64,000 bases of DNA, taken from positions 2,333 through 66,332 of the forward strand of contig CACZFH010000003.1 in NCBI GenBank assembly GCA_902780395.1, given 5' to 3'. Positions 1-8,631 of the stretch are shown in pieces (positions within the stretch are counted from its first letter, which is position 1; each line of letters starts with the position of its first letter). The notes below the pieces were generated by a model that had not been told where the DNA came from, made no database searches, and saw only the letters and a list, made by a program, of their open reading frames with translations. A program made the position numbers and the translations under genes. The stretch comes from an uncultured Erysipelotrichaceae bacterium. GTDB lineage: Bacteria > Bacillota_I > Bacilli_A > RF39 > UBA660.

Positions 1-144
1 TATCCCATACCAAATAGCCTGTTTTAAAGCTAAATTGCCTAAAGAACTAGAAGTATAGGTTAAAGCACTATTAATAGTAATTATACTAATAATAGATAAT
101 AAAAAAATAGGAATTAATATTTGATAATTAATTTTGTATTTCAT
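1..144 (-). CDS. SEDS-family protein (RodA/FtsW/SpoVE-like), first 48 codons only; gene continues left of the window
   Basis: Reverse-strand ATG at 142-144 behind a GAAGGTG SD. Translation MKYKINYQILIPIFLLSIISIITINSALTYTSSSLGNLALKQAIWYGI has TM1 plus the 'LKQ.iW' opening recalled for RodA/FtsW. Too short for the ORF track. Confidence 0.5.
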   Translation of the reverse strand, partial: MKYKINYQILIPIFLLSIISIITINSALTYTSSSLGNLALKQAIWYGI

Positions 145-224
145 AGAAAACACCTTCTTTTTTATTATACCAAAAAGAATGTATTTTTATGAAACAAATT
201 CATAAAATAAATAAGGAGTGATTT

Positions 225-500
225 ATGAAAAAATTACCAAGTATTTATAAAAATATTAACACCATGAAAGATCATAATAATAAGATGTGTTATGTAAATA
301 ATGATAAAGAAACAATAAATGACATCTTAAATGATATTTTTAGTGGTTATCATATTCCATACCATATACAAGTCCAAATAATTACTAAAAGTAAAGTATT
401 TAATACCTACCTAACAGCACGAGGAAATAACTACTTATTAACGATTCAAAATGAATTAATAAAGTTATCAGACATAATAGATATAAAAAGAATATCATGA
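225..500 (+). CDS. Hypothetical 91-aa protein (possibly spore-associated, next to the CotZ-like gene)
   Basis: ORF with AAGGAG SD 8 nt upstream. No motif I can assign. Confidence 0.35.
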   Translation: MKKLPSIYKNINTMKDHNNKMCYVNNDKETINDILNDIFSGYHIPYHIQVQIITKSKVFNTYLTARGNNYLLTIQNELIKLSDIIDIKRIS

Positions 501-512
501 GATATTCTTTTA

Positions 513-920
513 TTATGAACATAAATCAATAGAAGTATCTTGGAAACAACGAAGAGCTCCACAACAAGATAAATCAATCGTAACAAATTGTCCAGTACTA
601 GAATATTGATTCAACTCTTCATTATAGGCAAGAATTCTACAAGTACAACAACAATCATCTAAAGCTTCTACTCTTAATCGATTACTAGTTCCAGTAGTAC
701 CATCACTTAAAGTATAATTAAAAGTCCATGGTTCTCCATTACTACAAATAAACAATTGAATAGGTCGAGTATTATAACAAATAGTATTCGCAATAGGACC
801 TAGAAATGGTTTTTCACAGCCTAAATAATTATCATTATCAAAATCTTGTCTTTGTAATACTAATATTTTTTGTAATACATCTGTTATACAAGAAGAACAA
901 TTATTATTAGAACAATTCAT
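513..920 (-). CDS. Cysteine-rich spore coat/exosporium protein, CotY/CotZ family
   Basis: 135 aa with N-terminal NCSSCITDVLQKILVLQ, central RLRVEALDDCCCTCRIL and C-terminal IDLSCCGALRC. These mirror the conserved Cys blocks of Bacillus CotY/CotZ as recalled. GGAGG SD present. Confidence 0.65.
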   Translation of the reverse strand: MNCSNNNCSSCITDVLQKILVLQRQDFDNDNYLGCEKPFLGPIANTICYNTRPIQLFICSNGEPWTFNYTLSDGTTGTSNRLRVEALDDCCCTCRILAYNEELNQYSSTGQFVTIDLSCCGALRCFQDTSIDLCS

Positions 921-1111
921 ATCTAAACCTCCTTTCTAAAAGAAATATTTATCTCTAATATAAAATATGTAGGAAGAAAAAGATTGTATAAGCAAATACC
1001 TACATTATAGAATATGATAAAAATGTAAATAAATGTAAAGAATAATAAAAAGACTTTTAATTGGAAATACTAATAGTATATAATGGGTTTAGAAAATATG
1101 GAGGTGAAAGA

Positions 1112-1399
1112 ATGCAAGAACCAGCAGATTTATTAGGGTTCAATATACCAGCATTAAAAGTTAAAATTGATGAAACCAAAACTCAAAATGGAAAAAATGT
1201 GAATAATAAGGAAAATCTAGAAAATTATATCACTGAAAAATTAGAGCCATTGTGGACAACAGAGGCAGGAAAAGAAGCAATACAATTATTAAGAGATTTT
1301 ATGGAAAATGATTATCAACCATATGTTGATTTCATAAATTTAGCAGTTGATAAATTAGAAATCGTAGTTGATTTATTGAATAACATTGATTACGCATAA
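1112..1399 (+). CDS. WXG100-size (95 aa) helical protein, putative T7SS substrate with a variant Trp motif (LWTTEAGKEA at aa 47-56)
   Basis: GGAGGTG SD favours ATG 1112 over the track start 1061. About 95 aa, acidic, helical-looking, with the Trp motif exactly mid-sequence. Lies in the T7SS-like locus. Confidence 0.45.
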   Translation: MQEPADLLGFNIPALKVKIDETKTQNGKNVNNKENLENYITEKLEPLWTTEAGKEAIQLLRDFMENDYQPYVDFINLAVDKLEIVVDLLNNIDYA

Positions 1400-1413
1400 T
1401 AGGAGGGAAAAGA

Positions 1414-1722
1414 ATGGCCGATAATAAATTAGCTTCAACATTAACAATTAAAGATAGTGTTGATTATTTAGAGAGTGAATTTTTAAAACCACTAAAAGAT
1501 ACTGGTGGAGAATTAATGGGAATAGTTGAAGCCATTAAAACAAAAGATCTTAAAAATGTTCAAATAGCTGAAACATTAGATACTATTAATTCAAAAATTG
1601 AAGATTATAATAAAAAACTAGAAGATATTATTAATAAATCTAGAGAACAACTTGCTACTAGTAGTGAAACAATTGCTAAGAATCAAGCAGAAATTGAAGC
1701 AAACTTAAATGAACTTGTATAA
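1414..1722 (+). CDS. 102-aa helical protein, WXG100 size class but without Trp (putative T7SS substrate/partner)
   Basis: Strong SD (AGGAGGG), 14 nt after the previous stop. Heptad-like helical sequence. Assignment rests on locus context only. Confidence 0.35.
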   Translation: MADNKLASTLTIKDSVDYLESEFLKPLKDTGGELMGIVEAIKTKDLKNVQIAETLDTINSKIEDYNKKLEDIINKSREQLATSSETIAKNQAEIEANLNELV

Positions 1723-1776
1723 GAAATAAAAAAAAATAATACTAGTAAGTATTATTTTTTAAGATAGGAGGAAAAA

Positions 1777-2070
1777 ATGGCAAAAGATGAATCAGTAAAA
1801 AAAGCAGTAGAAAAATTTAATGAAGATTTAAATGCTTTAGAAGAATTTGATGATAGCACACGCTATGAACCAGAAGTAAATTTAATGGATATTATAAATA
1901 ATTTAGCTGATATTTGGACTACTCAAAATGGTCAAAATATAACGTCAACACTTCGTAGTTTTGCTCGTGATAAAGTTAATAGTTCTCGTACAGAATATAA
2001 TGAAGGTATTCTTGTTTTTAAATATACAAAAATGTATTATTATGAAACAGATGATTATAAAATGGAATAA
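1777..2070 (+). CDS. WXG100-size (97 aa) helical protein, putative T7SS substrate with a variant Trp motif (IWTTQNGQN at aa 46-54)
   Basis: AGGAGG SD. The central WTTQNG motif is shared with ORF 1112-1399 (WTTEAG). Confidence 0.45.
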   Translation: MAKDESVKKAVEKFNEDLNALEEFDDSTRYEPEVNLMDIINNLADIWTTQNGQNITSTLRSFARDKVNSSRTEYNEGILVFKYTKMYYYETDDYKME

Positions 2071-2089
2071 TAAGGGGGATGATATTTAA

Positions 2090-3520
2090 ATGTCAGAAGT
2101 AAGTACGAAGAAAATACGCGAATATGCTGCTAGCTTAAGAGAAGCAGCAAAAAAAAGAGATCAAAAAGCAAGAGAATTATATGAAAAAATTGATGGTGTA
2201 AAAAAAGAATACAATAAAACAATGGCTCTTAATGGCCAAGTAATAAATAGTGAAATAAGGAATCTTGGAGAATCAGGAACACCTCATGAGTATTTAGTAA
2301 CAACAACTGCACATGTTTATTGTAATCCGGATGGAATATCAGAAGGAATTACGAAGATAGATAATGGTTATGTTGAGTATTGCAATGATATGTATAAAAT
2401 TTGTCAAATATGTGATTTGCTAGATGAAAGTGCAGAAGAAATAGATAGAAATTATGAAAAAATCAAAGAAGAATTAGAATCCATTATTGCCAAACCTGAT
2501 CATGAAGAATCAGATGAAGAACCAAAAACAGAGCCCGAAGAACCTGGAAAACCAGATGAAGAACCAAAGCCAGAGTCTGAAGAACCAAAATCAGATGAAG
2601 AACCAAAAACAGAGCCTGAAGAACCTGGAAAACCAGATGAAGAACCAAAGCCAGAGTCTGAAGAACCAAAGACAGAGCCTGAAGAACCAAAACCAGATGA
2701 AGAACCAAAGCCAGATTATAATCCTCCAAAGGGAACAACTCCATCAGAAGAAAAAACTGAGGGAGATAAACAAGAAAAAGCTGAAGGGGATAAACAAAAA
2801 AAATCAGAGGAAGAAACGAAGAATCCAAAGACTGATGAAGGTAACAAGCCAAAAGAAGAAACTACAACTAAAACAGAAACAAGCAAAGATTCTTCTAAAG
2901 AACCAAAAAAAGAAGAGCCAAGTACTGTTACTCCACCATCTGAAACTAAAACAGAAACAACAACTACAGAGCCACAGCAAGGAACTTATGTACCACCTGC
3001 AGAAACAAACAATAACAACAATTATAATAATTATTCAAATGAGACGCCAATTAATAATAATGTAGAAACAGGTGAAGAAACTATGACAACAGAGCCAGAG
3101 ATACCAAAAGGATCAGATGAAACAGCTCCTTCTCCAGAAGTACCTGATGACGAAATTGTCAAAGGCAATGAATATACTAAGATTCCAACTTCAGATACTC
3201 CAATTGAAACAAAACATAAATCTGGCAATGGTTTCATTCCAATTGCCGCTGGTTTAAGTGCTGCCGCTGCTGCAGGTATCGGTGCTAAAGTTTACATGGA
3301 TAGAAAAAATAATAATGACAATGGGGAAGATGATTTTACTTCCGAAGAATTAAATAGTGATGAAAGTACTATAAGTAATCAAATAGATAATAATACTCAG
3401 GAAGATACTAATAAGGATAATACCCCTGAAGAAGACAATATAAATAATGATGATTATAGTGCTAAACCAGAAAAATATGGTGCTAGAAACAATAATGAGA
3501 TAGCTGATCTACAACAATAG
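2090..3520 (+). CDS. 476-aa tail-anchored protein: helical N-domain, Pro/Glu/Lys- and Thr-rich repeat linker, Gly/Ala-zipper TM helix (FIPIAAGLSAAAAAGIGAKVY), acidic/Asn-rich tail
   Basis: AAGGGGG SD and a long ORF. Domain layout read directly from the translation. Function unknown; associated with the T7SS locus. Confidence 0.55.
   Translation: MSEVSTKKIREYAASLREAAKKRDQKARELYEKIDGVKKEYNKTMALNGQVINSEIRNLGESGTPHEYLVTTTAHVYCNPDGISEGITKIDNGYVEYCNDMYKICQICDLLDESAEEIDRNYEKIKEELESIIAKPDHEESDEEPKTEPEEPGKPDEEPKPESEEPKSDEEPKTEPEEPGKPDEEPKPESEEPKTEPEEPKPDEEPKPDYNPPKGTTPSEEKTEGDKQEKAEGDKQKKSEEETKNPKTDEGNKPKEETTTKTETSKDSSKEPKKEEPSTVTPPSETKTETTTTEPQQGTYVPPAETNNNNNYNNYSNETPINNNVETGEETMTTEPEIPKGSDETAPSPEVPDDEIVKGNEYTKIPTSDTPIETKHKSGNGFIPIAAGLSAAAAAGIGAKVYMDRKNNNDNGEDDFTSEELNSDESTISNQIDNNTQEDTNKDNTPEEDNINNDDYSAKPEKYGARNNNEIADLQQ
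2510..2716 (+). repeat. In-frame 81-bp tandem repeat, 2 full units plus a 45-bp partial unit, encoding (SDEEPKTEPEEPGKPDEEPKPESEEPK)n
   Basis: Units 2510-2590 and 2591-2671 are near-identical (1-2 substitutions). The partial third copy spans 2672-2716. Confidence 0.9.
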
Positions 3521-3524
3521 TCAA

Positions 3525-3552
3525 AAGAAGGATAAATCATTCCTTCTTTTTT
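3525..3552 (+). terminator. Rho-independent terminator after the 1112-3520 operon
   Basis: Stem AAGAAGGA / TCCTTCTT with an 8-nt loop, followed by a T-run. Confidence 0.7.
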
Positions 3553-3610
3553 ATTTGACTAAGTAGCATTTAAATCTTATAATGATAATAGAATAATAGG
3601 AGGTAGTATC

Positions 3611-4117
3611 ATGGGAAAAGTAGATTGGATAACATGGAACACAGACTCAAGAGATATTATAAATCCAGATAAAACAGTAGAAAAAATACTTGAAATATAC
3701 CAAGACTATAATAGCTATATACAATCAAATATATATGAAATAATAAAAAAAGAGACTCAAATTGGTGGTATAGACAAAGCTTCAATTAATTTATATGGAG
3801 AATCTCCCGCTTATGAAAAAGCAATAAAAATTCTAAACCAAATAGATGAAATATCTCTTATTATGAATAATTTTATCAATAATATTAAATCTTCAACAGA
3901 AGAACAAAAAAAGCTAGAAAAGAATGATTTAATTAAGGCAATTGAAGATAAAATTGCCGAAGAAAAGAAAATCTTAGATAATACAGAGTTATTAAAAAGT
4001 AGAATAAGTATGTCTAATCAAGTAGTATCTATAGAAGAAGTAGAAGAGATAATAAAAATTAGTCACGATAAAATAAATCGTTTACAAGAAAGATTAGAAA
4101 TAGCAAAGAATATTTAA
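3611..4117 (+). CDS. 168-aa coiled-coil protein, T7SS-locus associated, function unknown
   Basis: AGGAGGT SD. Helical, Glu/Lys/Ile-rich sequence. Confidence 0.4.
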   Translation: MGKVDWITWNTDSRDIINPDKTVEKILEIYQDYNSYIQSNIYEIIKKETQIGGIDKASINLYGESPAYEKAIKILNQIDEISLIMNNFINNIKSSTEEQKKLEKNDLIKAIEDKIAEEKKILDNTELLKSRISMSNQVVSIEEVEEIIKISHDKINRLQERLEIAKNI

Positions 4118-4128
4118 GGAGGAAGAAT

Positions 4129-4959
4129 ATGAATAATGGCTTTAATGTATGTTTAGATTTAGAAAAAATCCATAGTAGTTCTTCCATCGTTAGTAATATT
4201 CAAGATCAAGTATCATCTAGAGATTTATTAGATCCTTTTATTGAAATAGAAGAACAAATAAAAGAAATTAATTTCATTCATGGAAATTGTATTCCAAAGT
4301 ATAAAGAACCTATTACAGAAATAATAACTAAATTAAATGAGTTAAAAAAGGAAATATCTGAACTAGATTATGCTCTAAAAATGACATATACAGAGTTTTC
4401 TAAGACAGAAAAAATAGATAATAATGGAATATATAATATAGTAAAATTATATCCAAATCCTGATATAGAAGAGAAAATAAACAATATTATTGCTACTAAT
4501 CCAACTATTAAAGCCACTAATAGTTCTCTTCTTTTTAATCAATCACAAGCAACTATTAAAGAACCAAATTTTATTCAAAATAGTATATCAACTTTAGCTA
4601 GTGACATAAATGGTTCTATTAAAACCATTCCTCCAATAGAGCAAGAAGAACCAGCTAAACCAGAAATTAATACAGTACCAATAGGATTAGGAATTGCCGC
4701 AGCGGGAATTGCTGGAGCGACGGGAGCAGTAGCCCTAGATTATATATCTAAACCAAAGCAAGCCCATTTCGAATCATATCAAGAACCAATAGAATATCAA
4801 ACACAAAAAGAATCCCCAAAAATTCAAAATGGAGTAGAAAACCCACAAAGTTCAGAAAAAAAACAAGAAGAACAAAAACAATATCAAGCTAATCAAGATT
4901 TAAATCAATTAGATAAGTACTATAGTGATAAAGAACCTCGTGAAAATAATGAAGAATAA
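4129..4959 (+). CDS. 276-aa tail-anchored protein: helical N-domain, linker, Gly/Ala-zipper TM (VPIGLGIAAAGIAGATGAVAL), Gln/Glu-rich tail; same architecture as 2090-3520
   Basis: AAGGAGG SD. The TM segment shares a PI..G[LI][SA]AA core with the 476-aa protein. Confidence 0.5.
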   Translation: MNNGFNVCLDLEKIHSSSSIVSNIQDQVSSRDLLDPFIEIEEQIKEINFIHGNCIPKYKEPITEIITKLNELKKEISELDYALKMTYTEFSKTEKIDNNGIYNIVKLYPNPDIEEKINNIIATNPTIKATNSSLLFNQSQATIKEPNFIQNSISTLASDINGSIKTIPPIEQEEPAKPEINTVPIGLGIAAAGIAGATGAVALDYISKPKQAHFESYQEPIEYQTQKESPKIQNGVENPQSSEKKQEEQKQYQANQDLNQLDKYYSDKEPRENNEE

Positions 4960-4969
4960 TAAAGAAATA

Positions 4970-4998
4970 TTGAAAAAATAGGAAATATAAGATATAAT
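4970..4998 (+). promoter_or_regulatory. Sigma-A type promoter for the T-box leader
   Basis: TTGAAA (4970-4975), 17-nt spacer, TATAAT (4993-4998). Confidence 0.6.
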
Positions 4999-5004
4999 TA
5001 CATA

Positions 5005-5224
5005 CAGATGCAAAGAATCTGAGGAGTAATTATATCTTTTTTTTAGAGAGTTCCTGGTAGGTGAAAAGGAATAAAAAAGAATAATGAAGGTAGCAGAGGA
5101 GCATATTTTCTGAAATTAATAGTAGGAAAATCCGGATAAATCCGTTATCAAAAGAAGCTATCAATAGATAGAAATTAAGGTGGTACCACGAACAATTCGT
5201 CCTTTGGATGAATTGTTTTTTTTT
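5005..5224 (+). promoter_or_regulatory. T-box riboswitch leader (tRNA-sensing antiterminator) upstream of the HD-hydrolase/valS operon
   Basis: AG-bulge AGAGA (5045-5049) and a distal loop with GGTAGGTGAAA. S-turn elements AGTA / GAA flank a specifier loop (GAAGGTAG, 5086-5093). T-box sequence AATTAAGGTGGTACCACG (5173-5190). Terminator AACAATTC/GAATTGTT (5191-5217) plus a T-run. Confidence 0.85.
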
Positions 5225-5234
5225 AGGAGGACAT

Positions 5235-6008
5235 ATGGATATAGAACTAGCTAAACAAGAATTCACTAGCTTTGCTAATCTTTATCTTTCAAAAGAAGAT
5301 AAGAAAAGCAGTGACTATAAAAATTCACTTAGAAAATATAATCATTCTTTTCGAGTCATGAATTTGAGTGAAAAAATTGCTCAATCACTAGAATTACCCA
5401 AAGAAGAAATCGAATTAATGAAGTTATGTGGCTTATTACACGATATTGGTAGATTTGAACAAGGAATGAAATACCATATATTTGAAGATCAAAAAAGTAT
5501 AGATCACGGAGATTTAGGAGCAGAAATATTAAAAAAAGATAATTTAATTAATAAATTTGCCATGACAAATCAACAAGATATTATAAAAGTCGTCAAATAT
5601 CATAATAAATATATAATTCCTAAAACTTTACCTACTAAAACTAGATTTTATATAGATATAATTAGAGATGCTGATAAAATAGATATATTATATTCTCTAT
5701 CAACAGAAGAATTAATATATGAGAATGATAACAAAACTATTTCAGATGAAATATTTAAACAAATAAAAAAGAAAGAATTAGTTAATAAGATAAATATTCA
5801 ATCAAGTATAGATTGGGTAGTAGTAGATTTAGCTTTTGTTTTTGACCTAAAATTTAAAAAGTCTTTTGAGATTATGAAAGAAAAAAACTATCATAATAAA
5901 ATAATAAATATTTATTCTAAAAAGATTAAAAAAAAGGATGATTTAAAGAAATTAGAAGAAATAAGGATATTAATTAATAATTATATTGAGGAGATGTTAA
6001 CATGTTAG
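5235..6008 (+). CDS. HD-domain metal-dependent phosphohydrolase
   Basis: AGGAGG SD places the start at ATG 5235; the track start 5208 lies inside the terminator. HD signature H..R...LCGLLHDIGRFEQ. Stop overlaps the valS start. Confidence 0.6.
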   Translation: MDIELAKQEFTSFANLYLSKEDKKSSDYKNSLRKYNHSFRVMNLSEKIAQSLELPKEEIELMKLCGLLHDIGRFEQGMKYHIFEDQKSIDHGDLGAEILKKDNLINKFAMTNQQDIIKVVKYHNKYIIPKTLPTKTRFYIDIIRDADKIDILYSLSTEELIYENDNKTISDEIFKQIKKKELVNKINIQSSIDWVVVDLAFVFDLKFKKSFEIMKEKNYHNKIINIYSKKIKKKDDLKKLEEIRILINNYIEEMLTC

Positions 6009-8533
6009 ATAAAAAATATAATCATAAAGAAACGGAAAAAAATAAATATGAAATTTGGAAAGAAAAGGGCTATTTTAAGGCAGATAACACATCTGATAAA
6101 ACACCATTTTGTATTGTAATTCCACCACCTAATGTAACAGGAAAACTACATATAGGTCACGCTTATGATACATCTATTCAAGATGTTATTGTAAGATATA
6201 AAAGAATGAAAGGGTTTGATACTTTATGGCTTCCAGGTATGGATCATGCTGCCATTGCAACAGAAGCAAAAGTAGTAAAAAAATTAAAGGACCAAGGCAT
6301 TGATAAATATGAATATGGTAGAGAAAAATTTCTTGAGGCTTGTTGGGATTGGACTCATGAATATGGAGATAACATTCGTTCTCAATGGGCAGGTTTAGGT
6401 TTATCAGTTGATTATACTAGGGAAAGATTTACCTTAGATGAAGATTTAAATTATGCCGTAAGAAAAGTTTTTGTAGATTATTATAATAAAGGATTAATTT
6501 ATCGTGGTGAAAAAATCATAAACTGGGATCCAGCTGCTAAAACAGCATTATCAAATGAAGAAGTAATCTATAAGTCTGAAAAAAGTGCCTTCTATCACTT
6601 AAAATATAAATTAGAAGATAGTGATGAATACCTTGATGTAGCAACTACTCGTCCTGAAACTTTATTTGGAGATACAGCTGTTGCTGTAAATGAATTGGAT
6701 GAAAGATATAAAAAATTTGTTGGTAAAAATGTAATTTTACCAATTGTCAATAAACCAATTCCTGTTATTACTGATGAACATGCTGATATGACGAAAGGAA
6801 CAGGTTGTGTAAAAATCACTCCAGCCCATGACCCTAATGACTTTGAAGTGGGAAACCGTCATAATTTAGAAAGAATAGTTATCATGAATGATGATGCTAC
6901 TATGAATGAAAATGTTCCAAAAAAATATCAAGGAATGACTAGAGAAGAATGCCGTGAAGAAGTTCTAAAAGATTTAAAAGAACAAGATTTATTATTAGAA
7001 GTAGAACCATTAGTTCATGAAGTAGGACACTCTGAGAGAACAGGTGTTATGGTAGAACCAATGATAAAAAAACAATGGTTTGTAAAAATGGAACCATTAG
7101 CTAAAAGAGTTTTAGAATATCAAGCAGACAAAGCAAAAAAAGTTAATTTTGTTCCAAAAAGATTTGAAAAAGTATTAAAACATTGGATGGAAATTTCCTA
7201 TGATTGGTGCATTTCTCGTCAATTATGGTGGGGACATAGAATTCCTGCATGGTACAAAGAGGATAAAATATATGTTGGAATGGAAGCCCCTGATGAAGAA
7301 GGTTGGATTCAAGACGATGATGTTTTAGATACTTGGTTTTCCAGTGCCTTATGGCCATTTTCAACACTAGGTTGGCCAAAAGAAACTAAAGATTTTGAAA
7401 GATATTTTCCAACCAACTGCTTAGTAACCGGTTATGATATTATTTTCTTCTGGGTTGCTAGAATGACTTTCCAATCAGAATACATCACCAATCAAAGACC
7501 GTTTAATGATTGTGTAATTCATGGGTTAATTAGAGATAAGCAAGGAAGAAAAATGTCTAAATCATTAGGTAATGGGGTAGATCCATTTGATATGGTAGAT
7601 AAATATGGAGCAGATTCTCTTCGTTATTATTTATCAACAGATGGTTCAATGGGAATGGATTTACGTTTTGATGAAGTAAAATTAACAGCAACATGGAATT
7701 ACATTAATAAAATATGGAATGCTTCTCGTTTTGTCTTAATGAATATTGAAGATATAAAGAGAATAACATTAGAATATCTAAAGCCAGAAGATAAATGGAT
7801 TTTATCAAAATATGAACAAGTACTAAAAAGTGTAACTAAACATATGGATAAATATGAATTTAATTTAGCTGGAGCAGAGATTTATGATTTTACCTGGAAT
7901 ACATTCTGTGATTATTACATAGAAATGGCTAAATACTCTTTAGATTCAATGGCTACTAAATCAACATTATGTTATGTATTAACTGGTATTTTAAAAATGT
8001 TACATCCATTTATGCCATTTGTAACAGAAGAAATATATTCAATGTTACCAGTCAAAGATAGTGAATCTATCATGATTAGTGAATATCCTAAATATAACAA
8101 AAAATATATATTCAAAGAAGAAGAAAATGCCGTAGATGATACAGTTGAATTTATCAAGAATTTTAGGAATATAAAACAAGAAAATAATATTACCAAAGAA
8201 ATGAAAGTAATGTTTGATACTGAAGATAATAATGAATTAATAGTTAAAATGTTAAAACTAGAAAATAGTATTGTAAAAGAACCTCTTGGTATGAAAGCTT
8301 ATAAAGTATTTTCAAATAGAGTAAAAGCTCAAATATTCTTTGAAAAGATTGAAACAGAAGCTGAAAAAACTGCCAAAGAAGCTCAAATAAAATTATTGCA
8401 AGCATCAATAGAAAGAAGAGAAAAATTATTATCAAATGATAACTATGTTAAGAAAGCCCCTCAAAATATAGTAGAATTAGATAGACAAAAACTTAGAGAA
8501 GAAAAAGAAAAATTAAGTGAACTATTAAAATAA
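6002..8533 (+). CDS. valS: Valine--tRNA ligase
   Basis: 843 aa with class I motifs PPPNVTGKLHIGHA (HIGH) and KMSKSLGN (KMSKS), ValRS-type editing/CP1 region and a C-terminal coiled coil. Confidence 0.95.
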   Translation: MLDKKYNHKETEKNKYEIWKEKGYFKADNTSDKTPFCIVIPPPNVTGKLHIGHAYDTSIQDVIVRYKRMKGFDTLWLPGMDHAAIATEAKVVKKLKDQGIDKYEYGREKFLEACWDWTHEYGDNIRSQWAGLGLSVDYTRERFTLDEDLNYAVRKVFVDYYNKGLIYRGEKIINWDPAAKTALSNEEVIYKSEKSAFYHLKYKLEDSDEYLDVATTRPETLFGDTAVAVNELDERYKKFVGKNVILPIVNKPIPVITDEHADMTKGTGCVKITPAHDPNDFEVGNRHNLERIVIMNDDATMNENVPKKYQGMTREECREEVLKDLKEQDLLLEVEPLVHEVGHSERTGVMVEPMIKKQWFVKMEPLAKRVLEYQADKAKKVNFVPKRFEKVLKHWMEISYDWCISRQLWWGHRIPAWYKEDKIYVGMEAPDEEGWIQDDDVLDTWFSSALWPFSTLGWPKETKDFERYFPTNCLVTGYDIIFFWVARMTFQSEYITNQRPFNDCVIHGLIRDKQGRKMSKSLGNGVDPFDMVDKYGADSLRYYLSTDGSMGMDLRFDEVKLTATWNYINKIWNASRFVLMNIEDIKRITLEYLKPEDKWILSKYEQVLKSVTKHMDKYEFNLAGAEIYDFTWNTFCDYYIEMAKYSLDSMATKSTLCYVLTGILKMLHPFMPFVTEEIYSMLPVKDSESIMISEYPKYNKKYIFKEEENAVDDTVEFIKNFRNIKQENNITKEMKVMFDTEDNNELIVKMLKLENSIVKEPLGMKAYKVFSNRVKAQIFFEKIETEAEKTAKEAQIKLLQASIERREKLLSNDNYVKKAPQNIVELDRQKLREEKEKLSELLK

Positions 8534-8631
8534 TAAAAAAGAGACTATAAATAAAGTAGTAAAGTAAAAGTAGACAGTTTAAAAAAATTACTGTCTACTT
8601 TTTCTATGTTATTATTTAATAAAGGAGTGAT

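Noticed and set aside
2510-2716. Possibility that the 81-bp repeats represent a CRISPR-like array
   Set aside because: The repeats are directly adjacent without spacers, in frame within a long ORF, and encode a peptide repeat. No cas genes and no CRISPR array occur anywhere in the window.
2484-3237. Track ORFs 2484-2852 (-), 2487-3065 (+, alternative frame) and 3031-3237 (-) overlapping the 476-aa gene
   Set aside because: They run through the low-complexity/tandem-repeat region, have no SD and give repetitive nonsense-like translations (LVLHLV…, KNQMKNQ…). They are frame artefacts of the PE/K-rich repeat.
5030-5266. 78-aa reverse-strand ORF
   Set aside because: It lies entirely antisense to the T-box leader and terminator, and the RNA element explains the region.
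8570-8603. Hairpin GTAGACAG…CTGTCTAC + T5, read at first as the native valS terminator
   Set aside because: Its 5' arm is part of the IS3 left inverted repeat (the same 22-27 nt recur inverted at 9862-9888), so it belongs to the IS end. It may still stop valS read-through.
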